Made by a program: the position numbers and the translations under genes
Assembly (NCBI GenBank): GCA_002269645.1
Contig: NIVC01002450.1
Span: 62,001-126,000 of the forward strand
Direction: 5' to 3'
Source of the DNA: Macrostomum lignano
Taxonomy: Eukaryota
DNA: 64,000 nt
The notes under the pieces: generated by a model
The model's database searches: none
What the model was told of the DNA's origin: nothing
Seen by the model: only the letters and a program-made list of their open reading frames with translations
Part shown: positions 12,001-24,000 of the stretch, piece by piece
Layout of the letters: the number at the start of each line of letters is the position of its first letter
How positions within the stretch are numbered: the first letter of the stretch is position 1

Positions 12001-15000
12001 AACAGTCACCTCTATCCGTCTTGATCTGCTATCTTTAGTCTATCCCGATTTTATACCTTTAGTCTATTTTGATCTTCTATCTCTAGTCTATCCCGAGTCT
12101 ATCCCGATCTTTTATCTTTAGTCTATCCGGATCTTCTATCTTTAGTCTATTCAGATTTAGTCTATCCGGATCTTCTATCTTTAGTCTATTCAGATTTAGT
12201 CTATCCGGATCTTCTATCTTTAGTCTATTCAGATTTAATCTATCCGGATCTTCTATCTTTAGTCTATTCAGAGTCTATCCCGATCTTTCATCTTTAGTCT
12301 ATCCGGATCTTCTATCTTTAGTCCATCCCGAGTCTATCCCGGTCTTCTACTTTAGTCTATCCGGAGTCTATCTCAATATTGTAGCTTTTATTTTTCTCTG
12401 TCTTTATTTTTATCTAGTATTTTCATGTATTTTTATTTTACTAAATGCGCAACTCAGTCGCTTTCACTGTTTCCCTCAAGGATCAATTAAAAGTACATAA
12501 GTGGCATCCTATCAGGCTGAAGCAGACAAAAATCAAGTGCACAAGCGCTAGCCAAAGTATCCAGGCATGTAATCCGAAGTCTACATAGTCTCGTAAATAA
12601 TCCTTAACTGCAACAGCTGAACAAAAATCGCTGGCAAAGCCTATATACCAGTATGTATAGCACTTGCACTCTTTATAAGTCAGATGCAATGCGTACTTTA
12701 TGCACTGAAGATACGCAGACAAGTCTCCCTGAGGAGGATGGGGAAAATGGGGGAAGGAAGGAAGACAGGAAAAGAGAGGCATGGCAGCGAGTGGGATGGG
12801 AGAATGGGAGAACAAAAGAATGGGAGAAAAAGTTAGAGAGAAATGGATCTGTAAAGGGAGTTGAAAAAATGAAATGAATTGAAATTCATCTTAACCTAAT
12901 GCATCGGCTACTTTTTTTACTATTAGAATCTGCTTCTTGTAATGCACTGCAGACTATTGAATTCGTCATATTAATAAAATAGTTCTCGTCACAGGTGTAA
13001 CAAACTGGAGGGCTTTTGCGCTTTCACGCCAAGCAAAAGCGGTCGCATCAGGGGAATCACAATACAGGGATCACAGTGGAGAATCACAGTGGGAGAATTA
13101 GATTGGGAGAATCACAGGGAATTACAGTGGCGGAATCACAGGGGGAATTACAGTGGCGAAATCACAGGGGGATTACAGTGGCGGAATCACAGTTGAAGAA
13201 TCACAGTGGGGGGAATCACAGTGAGAATCACAGGGAGAATTAAAGTTGGGGAATCACAGTGGGAGAATCACAGTGGGGAATCACAGTGGGGAGAATCACA
13301 GTGGGGGAATCACAGTGGGAGAATCACAGTGGGGAATCACAGTGGGGAGAATCACAGTGGGGGAATCACAGTGGGGGAATCACAGTGGGGGAATCACAGT
13401 GGGGAGAATCACAGTGGGGAATCACAGTGGGGGAATCACAGTGGGGAATCACAGTGTGGGGGGGGAATCACAGTGGGGGAATCACAGTGTGGGGGGATCA
13501 CAGTGGGGGAATCACAGTGGGGAATCACAGTGGGGGAATCACAGTGGGAGAATTAGAGTGGGATAATCGCAGGGAAGAATTGCAGTGGGGGAATCACAGT
13601 GGGGAACCAAAGGGAGAATCAGCCGGTAATCAAGACAGGGAATAAATACTTCAAGAGAAACTTAGGATTCAAGCTTGAGACATCGGTGCGATGAATACAA
13701 ACAATAATTGAATCTCACCTGATGGCGCACAATGGGAATGCCCAGACTGCTTGGCTCCCTCACTCGCATAAATCGCTGATCAACATAGGCCAGCTTCTCC
13801 CGGAGGTACTGCTCCCTCAGCTGTCTGTCGTCAATGTCCAGCGCGTCCAGATGCGTGCCGACGATGATGACTGAGGACCGAGGCGCCCGACTGTGAATGT
13901 TCACCAGCCACTGGTGCACGCTCTCCATGCCGCGGTCGCCGGTGCGCAAGTCCCACACCACTAGGTAGATTGCTCGCTTAGATAAGAAATATTGATGCGT
14001 TGCGTAATACTCTTTTTGGCCGCCGAAATCCCAGGTGCGAAATACGATCTCCTCTATTCTGTGGCCTTTCCTACGCATCACCAGGTCGCCAATGTCGACG
14101 CCGACTGTCGATAAAATCTTGCCGCTGTCCCGGTTGGGGTCCTCGATGCCTTGCCGGTGGGCCCAGGTGCCCGACTTGCCTGTTGGGGAGGATTAGGCGA
14201 CAGGGATAGGTACCAGGTATGGCTATTAGATATGTGAGTACCAGGTATGGCTATTAGATATGTGAGTACCAGGTATGGCTATTAGATATGTGAGTACCAG
14301 GTATGGCTATTAGATATGTGAGTACCAGGTATGGCTATTAGATATATGTGAGTACCAGGTATGGCTATTAGATATATGTGAGTACCAGGTATGGCTATTA
14401 GATATATGTGAGTACCAGGTATGGCTATTAGATATATGTGAGTACCAGGTATGGCTATTAGATATATGTGAGTAACAGATATAGCTACTAGGTATGGCTA
14501 TTAGATATACGTGGGTAACAGATATAGCTACTAGGTATGGCTACAAGGTAAAGTTTTAAGCAAAAGCTGAAAAAACGTTTAGGAAAGACGTGTAGGTAAC
14601 TGATTAAGAAAGCAATTATAGGGCTTAAAAAGGATTATTAAAGACGCTTACCAACAGATCCTTCTAACTTTCTCAGTCGATTAATCAATGTGGTTTTGCC
14701 AATGTTGGCGTTGCCAACCACCATCAGTTTGAGCTGGTTGTAGGGTCGGGACTCGGTTTTTACGCTTTTTAAGTAGGACAAAATCTCCCTGGTTAAGGCA
14801 CGGCCCGCCGCGAGCTCCTGGACTCGACCCTGCGGATTGTAGTGGAGTGACAGTGCTCAGGCTATCAGTAACTGGAGTGACAGTGCTCAGACTATCAGTA
14901 ACTGGAGTAACAGTGCTCAGGCTATCAGTAACTGAAGTGACAGTGCTCAGACTATCAGTAACTGGAGTAACAGTGCTCAGACTATCAATAACTGGAGTGA

Positions 15001-18000
15001 CAGTGCTCAGACTATCAGTAAATGGAGTGACAGTGCTCAGACTATCAGTAACTGGAGTAACAGTGCTCAGACTATCAATAACTGGAGTAACAGTGCTCAG
15101 ACTATCAATAACTGGAGTGACAGTGCTCAGACTATCAGTAAATGGAGTGACAGTGCTCAGGCTATCAGTAACTGAAGTGACAGTGCTCAGACTATCAGTA
15201 ACTGGAGTAACAGTGCTCAGACTATCAATAACTGGAGTGACAGTGCTCAGACTATCAGTAAATGGAGTGACAGTGCTCAGACTATCAGTAAATGGAGTGA
15301 CAGTGCTCAGACTATCAGTAAATGGAGTGACAGTGCTCAGACTATCAGTAAATGGAGTGACAGTGCTCAGGCTATCAGTAAAAGGAGTGACAGTGCTCAG
15401 ACTATCAGTAACTGGAGTGACAGTGCTCAGACTATCAGTAACTGGAGTGACAGTGCTCAGGCTATCAGTAAATGGAGTGACAGTGCTCAGGCTATCAATA
15501 ACTGGAGTGACAGTGCTCAGGCTATCAATAACTGGAGTGACAGTGCTCAGACTATCAGTAACTGGAGTGACAGTGCTCAGACTATCAGTAAATGGAGTGA
15601 CAGTGCTCAGGCTATCAGTAACTGGAGTGACAGTGCTCAGACTATCAGTAAATGGAGTGACAGTGCTCAGGCTATCAGTAACTGGAGTGACAGTGCTCAG
15701 ACTATCAGTAACTGGAGTGACAGTGCTCAGACTATCAGTAAATGGAGTGACAGTGCTCAGGCTATCAGTAAATGGAGTGACAGTGCTCAGGCTATCAGTA
15801 AATGGAGTGACAGTGCTCAGGCTATCAATAACTGGAGTGACAGTGCTCAGACTATCAGTAAATTGAGTGACAGTGCTCAGGCTATCAATAACTGGAGTGA
15901 CAGTGCTCAGGCTATCAATAACTGGAGTGACAGTGCTCAGACTATCAATAACTGGAGTGACAGTGCTCAGACTATCAGTAAATGGAGTGACAGTGCTCAG
16001 GCTATCAGTAAATGGAGTGACAGTGTTCAGACTATCAGTAAATGGAGTGACAGTGCTCTGACTATCAATAACTGGAGTGACAGTGCTCAGACTATCAATA
16101 ACTTGAGTGACAGTGCTCAGACTATCAGTAACTAGAGTGACAGTGCTCAGACTATCAGTAAATGGAGTGACAGTGCTCAGACTATCAGTAACTGGAGTGA
16201 CAGTGCTCTGACGTCAGACGTACCTGAAGCGGGCAGCCTTCAAGCTCGAGCAGCGACAGCCAATGCAGACCGGAGAGGCTGGCGGCAGCTGGTGAATGGC
16301 AGTCCAAGCCAGACTTAAACTGGTCAGGTGTTCCATTCGGCACACATCGTCAGGCAGCTCCATCAGGTGTTGATTGCGCGACAAATCCAGCTGATTCAGC
16401 GCCGGAAACAGCAGCGTCGATGGAGGCGGCGGAGCTGTTGGAGCCGGCTGGCCGACTCCGCCAGGAGCGATGCTGAACTGCAACACCTTGACTGGATTGT
16501 TGCGCAAGTTGAGCACCTTGAGCTGGTCGAGCACCCGGTGCTGCCTGTGCTGACAGCCTTTAGGCATAGGCTGCTGCTGCTGCTCAGACAGGGATCGCTG
16601 GGTGAGGAAGCACAGATCCGGCACAATGTCCGTGCGGCACCATTCCTCCAGGCTGTCAATACAGTTGCCGCTAAGATCCAGATTCTCTAATCCGCTAGGG
16701 AAATCCCAGATATGGGACACGTCAGTGATCTGATTGGCTCCCAGGTCGAGACGGCGCAGAGACGAGGCCAGACAGGACAGGCCTTTGGGACAGGAGCGGA
16801 GGCGGTTGCCCTTGAGAATGAGAGTGTTGAGCGTGTGCTGCTGGCCCTGCGGCTGCTGTTGCTGCTGCGAGCTGGTCCGGTCGGCCGACTGCGGGCTGGG
16901 CTGAACCTCCAGGGTTTCGTGCTGCAGGCCGCATCTGGTGAGCACCTACGGTTTGGGGAGGATAGGCCGGCTTAGCATGTAAGTATCAGGCATTAAGTCG
17001 GTGTAGGACTCCCAATTTTTTGGGGGTGTTTATCAAGTTTCGAACTTTTCGAAATTTAAAGCTTGTGAAAGCGAACCTTGTTGGGACCCTACTTACCTCT
17101 ATACTACCTGATCATCAGACAATATGTGTACTTTTCCTCAAGTGCGTACGCGGGCCACGAAAGTTTAGGGGGAATTTGAAATTTGCGGGAATGTGAAAAT
17201 TGGGAATGTGAATCCTGGAGGAATGTGAAAATTGGGGAAAGTGAATCCTGGAGGAATGTAAACACTGGAGGAATGTCAATCCTGGAGGAATGTGAAAATT
17301 GGGGAGTGTGAATCCTGGAGGAATGTGAAATTCTGCAGGAATGTGAAATTCTGCAGGAATGTGAAATTCTGCAGGAATGTGAAATTTGGGGAATGTAAAA
17401 TTCTGCAGGAATGTGAAACTTTGGGGATGTGAAATTTGGGGGATGTGAACTCTGGAGAATGTGAATCCTGGAGGAATGTGAAAATTAGGGAATGTTAGGG
17501 AAAAAAGTGGGAAATTTAAAATTTGGAAATGCGAAATTCTGGAGGAAAGTGAAATTTTATAAAATTCAGGGAATGTGAAATTTTAGGAATGTAGAATTTA
17601 GGGAATACGAAAGCGGCTCTTCTCACCTTCTCATCCCATCCGGTGTACTCAGCCATGGTGTCCACATTCAGATGCAGGCTGGTCACCATCACGCCGCCGG
17701 GCTCGAAGCCACCAACGCCGAGGAACATTGAGGAGCCGCCGATGCCGCTGGGCGAACTCGGCGTCAACGGAGACGCCGAGGTGTTTGTTGACGAAGACAC
17801 CGCGGCAGCCATCGAAGCCGCGGCGGCTGCCTCAGCGGCGGCCACGGCAGCAGCCGCAGCGGCCGGCCAAGCGTCCGGCGTGCCCTTGACCGGCAGGCTG
17901 GACAGGCAATTGTCGGCCAAGTCCAGCAGCTGGAGCCGGGCGCGAACCAGACTCGAGCTGGAAGACGATCGATCCGATTGCCGGAGCAGACCAGAGTGGC

Positions 18001-21000
18001 CAGCAGAGGCAACCGGCCGGCGGTGAACAGCCAGTCAGGCAGACCAGTCAGCCGATTTCCGGCCACGTTCAGCTCGGCCAGGCTGGGCAGCAGAGCGGAG
18101 TGGCCGGGAGTGGCCGGCGGGCAGCTCCGAGTCGTCCGGCAGTCGTTGAATCGCATTGTTGGCCAGGCTGAGCTCTCGCAGGCTGCGCAGTCGAAGCAGC
18201 TCAGCTGGCAGCTTGGCGAGACCGCAGCCGGATAAGTCGACTTTGGTGACGGCACACAAAGCGACGTCCGGCGAAGCGTCGACGCTCAGGTGAGGATTGT
18301 GCAGTTGGCAGGCGGCCAGCAGCCAGGCCAGTCGAATTCCCGTCAGCCGACGGATGTCGCACCAGCGTAGGGCGACGGGACGGCGAGGCAGCGACGGGTA
18401 CAGCCGCTCGAACTGGCAGTCTGTGAGGCCGCCGTCGCCTCCGCTGCCAGCGCTTGCGCGCCGCTACCGCCGCCAGGACCAGCGGCACCACCGCTGCCGC
18501 TGGTGCCAAGCAGCTGGTCTCGATTAATTCGATTGACATTGTCCAGACTGGCCAGGTGTTGCAGCAGCAGCGTGACCAACTGGTCGGAACTGTCCAAGTC
18601 TGCTTCGGCCGATTTTGAGTCCAACTGGTTTAAAGTGTTCCGATAGAAGTGGTGAATTATGGATTATTTTCTGCTTTGAATGAGCAACTCTCATGGATTA
18701 GAGAGCGATTCTCATGGATTAGAGAGCGATTCACATGGATTAGAGAGCGATTCTCATGGATTAGAGAGGATTCTCATGGATTAGAGAGCGATTCTCATGG
18801 ATTAGAAAAGCGATTCTCATGGATTAGAGAAGCGATTCTCATGGATTAGAGAGGGATTCTCATGGATTAGAGAGCGATTCTCATGGATTAGAGAGGGATT
18901 CTCATGGATTAGAGAAGCGATTCTCATGGATTAGAGAAGCGATTCTCATGGATTAGAGAGCGATTCTCATGGATTAGAGAAGCGATTCTCATGGATTAGA
19001 GAGCGATTCTCATGAATTAGAGGGGATTCTCATGGATTAGAGAAGCGATTCTCATGGATTAGAGAGCGATTCTCATGGATTAGAGAGCGATTCTCATGAA
19101 TTAGAGAGGGATTCTCATGGATTAGAGAAGCGATTCTCATGGATTAGAGAGCGATTCTCATGAATTAGAGAGGGATTCTCATGGATTAGAGAAGCGATTC
19201 TCATGGATTAGAGAGTGATTCTCATGCATTAGAGAACGATTCTCATGGATTAGAAAAGCGATTTTCGTGGATTAGAGAAGCGATTTTCATGGATTAGAGA
19301 AGCGATTTTTTTGAATTAGAGAAGCGAATCTTTAGAGTTTCCAATGAACTGAGGACAAGTGACAATCACCTCCGGGCTCACCTGGTCCAACGCTTCGTGC
19401 AAAAGCTGACCGTTTTTGTCAACGGCTCCGTGCCGCATCAGCAGGTCGGCCAGGTCCAGACTGCCCGATTCAACTGCCACCCGCAGCGGATAAGTCTGCT
19501 TGCCGTCGAATTCTACGTCGGCGTTCACTTCGGCCGGCCAAATGGCCGAGCAGGCAGCGGACAACGTCGCGCTGGTGCTTGGTGACGGCCAGTGCCAGCA
19601 CAGCGGCGCCTTTACTGCGCAGATTGAGGGGCTGACTCGGCGAACTGCGCTTCGCCCGTTGTCGACTATTGTGACTGAGGCGGCCGCGGTGGCGTCGCAT
19701 CCTCCTCCTCCTGTCTGACTGTCGTCGATGACGGGGCCGTCGCAGTCGCCGGCTGGTGACGTCAGTTGGTCAAGCAGGAAACTGGCAGAGACCTGTGCGT
19801 TGTTTTGTTATAATTGAGATTTTTAGGCTCTCAGCGTTTTTATTCTAATTTTGAGGGTCTCTACGTGTCTGTTTTAAAAATATAAACACGTAGGTATTTT
19901 GAGGCTCTCAATATTTCTATTCTGATTTCGAGGCTCTCTACAAGTTTTACCCATGACATTTTGAGGCTCTCGACGTGTCTATTCATCAGATATCAAAATA
20001 TCGATATTTTGAGGCTCTGCAGAGTTTTTGTAAGATTTATTTGAGGCTGCCAACTTTTTTTTCGGAATAATTAAAGGCTCTGAGCGTCAACGTAGCCCAT
20101 ATTATCTGTTCGAGATTTAATTTCTAACGATTCAATTGAAACTGTAGCGAATATAATTTTTGAGGCTCTCTACGTGCCTACTAAACGGAACATTAGAGAC
20201 CTCTAGTCTTTATTTAAGTTACCAAATAAACTTTTCTGACATTAAAAGCTTCGAGAATAAGGAATTTTAGACTCCTTGAGTAACGCTACATCACCTTAAA
20301 ACTCAGCAGACAACGTAGCACATCTAGGTGGCCCCACAGCGTTGCGAGTTGCAACGCCGAATAACCTTCGACATCTTCAGCGTTGACATCGAAAGCGGCT
20401 CTGTACGTGCCGATGCCGCCGCGGCTGTACACGTAGAACTTCTGCAAGCAGTCCTCTGGATAGTTGAAGTTTAGCAGAAGATTTGCCACATCGTAGTGGC
20501 CTTCCAAACAGGCGGCGTGGAGCGGCAGCATGCGCTCCTTTGTTGTTGCTATGGCAACCGCTTTCGGGCACTGGTAGATCAGACGCTCAACTATTGCTAC
20601 GTTGCCTTTGCCGCAGGCGACGTACAACGGCGTGTAGCCGGTAACTGGGTGGGCCACGCACTGGGCTCCGTTTCGCACGAGAAAGTCCACTACGTCTGTC
20701 TTGCCGTGCTCGCAGGCTCTGGGTGAGCGAGTATATTGGGGTAAGGCTGGTTGTGGCCACAGTGTACAATTGGGGTAAGGCTGGTTGTGGCCACAGTGTA
20801 CAATTGGGGTAAGGCTGGTTGTGGCCACATGTACAATTGGGGTAAGGCTGGTTGTGGCCACAGTGTACAATTGGGGTAAGGCTGGTTGTGGCCACAGTGT
20901 ACAATTGGGGTAAGGCTGGTTGTGGCCACAGTGTACAATTGGGGTAAGGCTGGTTGTGGCCAGTACATTGGGGTAAGGCTGGTTGTGGCCACATAGTAAA

Positions 21001-24000
21001 TTGGGGTAAGGCTGGTTGGGCCACAGAGTACATTGGGGTAACGCTGGTTGTGGCCACAGTGTACATTGGGGTAAGGCTGGTTGGGGGCACAATGTACAAT
21101 GGGGTAAGACTGGTTGGGGGCACAATGTACATTCGGGTAAGGCTGGTTGGGGCACAATTTACATTCGGGTAAGGCTGGCTGTAGACACAGTGTACATTGG
21201 GAATAATTAGGCTGGGTGGGACAACAATCTACATTATAGTAAGGTTGATTATGAACCGGTGTGTACAAAGGTCATACTTACCTATAAAGCAGAGAGTAGG
21301 AATCCTGGGGACACCTGTTAATTACTTTCTCCAGTCGAAAGATTCGTTTGGCAGCATTACTAATAGCCTGACAGTCGAATGTTAAGCAGAGATTGTAAAA
21401 CTCCGTAGCCTCCAGTTCGTATTGCTCTGGTGAGAGATGTTGAAAACGAAATTTAGAAACACTTTGTCGCTTATAAAGCGAACTAAGAATTTACAATAAT
21501 CCCTGCAATATTTAGCAATACAGCGCTGTTTTCTATAAAGTTGGTAAAAGGGAAGAAAGATGATCACAGGGGAATTCAGAGCGATTGCTCAGATTCCAAG
21601 AAACAATGAGATCTTGCACAGATGCCAAGGCTCATGAGGTCATTAAGTACACCTCAGATGCCAAGGCTCATGAGGTCATTGGGTACAGCTCAGATGACAA
21701 GGCTCATGAGGTCATTAAGTACAGCTCAGATGTAAAGGCTCATGGGGTCATTGGGTACAGCTCAGATGCCAAGGCTCATGAGATCATTAAGTACACCTCA
21801 GATGCCAAGGCTCATGAGGTCATTAAGTACAGCTCAGATGTCAAGGCTCATGGGGTCATTAAGTACAGCTCAGATGTCAAGGCTCATGGGGTCATTAGGT
21901 ACAGCTCAGATGACAACTCATGACACCTGCAGCTCATGGGGTCATTAAGTACACCTTATATGCCAAGGCTCATGAGGTCATTAAGTACACCTCAGATGCC
22001 AAGGCTCATGAGGTCATTAAGTACAGCTCATATGCCAAGGCTCATGAGGTCATTAAGTACAGCTCATATGCCAAGGCTCATGAGGTCATTAAGTACAGCT
22101 CATATGCCAAGGCTCATGAGGTCATTGGGTACAGCTCAGATGCCAAGGCTCATGAGGTCATTAAGTACAGCTCAGATGCCAAGGCTCATGAGGTCATTGG
22201 GTACAGCTCAGATGACAAGGCTCATGGGGTCATTAAGTACAGCTCAGATGTAAAGGCTCATGGGGTCATTGGGTACAGCTCAGATGCCAAGGCTCATGAG
22301 ATCATTAAGTACACCTCAGATGCCAAGGCTCATGAGGTCATTAAGTACACCTCATATGCCAAGGCTCATGAGGTCATTAAGTACAGCTCATATGCCAAGG
22401 CTCATGAGGTCATTAAGTACACCTCATATGCCAAGGCTCATGAGGTCATTAAGTACAGCTCATATGCCAAGGCTCATGAGGTCATTAAGTACAGCTCAGA
22501 TGCCAAGGCTCATGAGGTCATTAAGTACACCTCATGACACCTGCAGCTCATGGGGTCATTAAGTACACCTTATATGCCAAGGCTCATGAGGTCATTAAGT
22601 ACAGCTCATATGCCAAGGCTCATGAGGTCATTAAGTACAGCTCATATGCCAAGGCTCATGAGGTCATTAAGTACAGCTCATATGCCAAGGCTCATGAGGT
22701 CATTAAGTACAGCTCATATGCCAAGGCTCATGAGGTCATTAAGTACAGCTCAGATGCCAAGGCTCATGAGGTCATTAAGTACAGCTCATATGCCAAGGCT
22801 CATGAGGTCATTGGGTACAGCTCAGATACCAAGGCTCATGAGGTCATTAAGTACAGCTCAGATGCCAAGGCTCATGGGGTCATTGGGTATAGCTCAGATG
22901 CTTGCCCCCGAAGGGGGCTCATTTACTATTCTACATGCACAAAATCTGTAATCGTTATGCATGATTTGCGGGCTCTACAAAGCCAATACACACCATTTTT
23001 AGCTTCCAACAATTCGCAAATGTGCTCGCTCTGCTTTTTGGCTGTGCGCTTATCTTTACTAAGCTGCAGGCAGCTGACCCCGGCAGCGTCCTCGCGGTAG
23101 ATGTTGCACCTAAACGCGCTATCCGTTGCCGCGGGCCGGTCGGTCAGCAGAGAGCAGACCATCTCAGCCTGGCCTTCCTCGATTGCTCGGTGTAGAGCGG
23201 TCTACAGTTTATTATTCAATAAGAAGATTAAATGTCATTATTACCTGGTGCACTTTTCCGATGCTTTCTTGGAAAGAGAATCAAAGCATGAGAAAAGCCT
23301 ATGATGTTATGAGTGTATAGATTTGCTGAGCAAGCAATACTTTCAAATCAGATTAGCAGTGCTGCGATCATAATCCCGTCTTGTATATAAATCCAATTCC
23401 GCAGACTCCTGAGCACACACAAGCGCGCCAACACTGTACTCAGGCACGCACTCATGCACACGCTCACACAGGATGTACAGCAGTCATGACTGTCTAATCG
23501 TCAGGCATGTACACTCTCTGTGCCTTGGGGGTTGGCTCTCACGGCTGCCTTCAGCACTCTGATTAACCAGTGGGTGGCATATCAGGGCGGTAATCATGGC
23601 CACGGCTGCTTCCCTAGGCAGTGAGGAATGCCCATTCTGCCTCTTTGGCGTTGAGAACACATGGAGCACTTCGACTGTGACTGTCTTGCCTTTACTCAGG
23701 ACAGGTTGATCTGCCTCAACACAAACCCAGATCTCTCTGACATTTTCAGGCCCGAGAAGCTGCATCTGGATGCCAAGTACTCAGCACCTATAATCCCATC
23801 ATTACCTGTTTCTTCTTTTTCCCACTGCAAAGAAGATTGGGATCGGATCCCATAGCCAGAAGCTGCTCAACGCAAGCTGGTCGTCCTTTGACAACGGAAA
23901 TGTAGAGCAGAGTCTGGCCATCGCCAGTTGGCCTATTGATAACGCTGGCGCATTGACTGGCGTGAGTCTGGGCGAGAAGTTCCAGGGCTTCCAGGTTGCC

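Larger units (their letters stand above)
11624..14829 (-). other. LRRK ROC GTPase domain and start of COR (exons 8-10)
   Basis: [15 protein letters not shown]-loop (exon 14829-14652 is not in the ORF track), STVGVD after a 1-nt correction, [28 protein letters not shown]. Confidence 0.92.

Noticed and set aside
19820-20200. Conserved core plus variable linker resembling a CRISPR array (the other arrays were also considered)
   Set aside because: Eukaryotic intron, irregular spacing, linkers related to each other, and no cas genes. The other arrays have no unique spacers.
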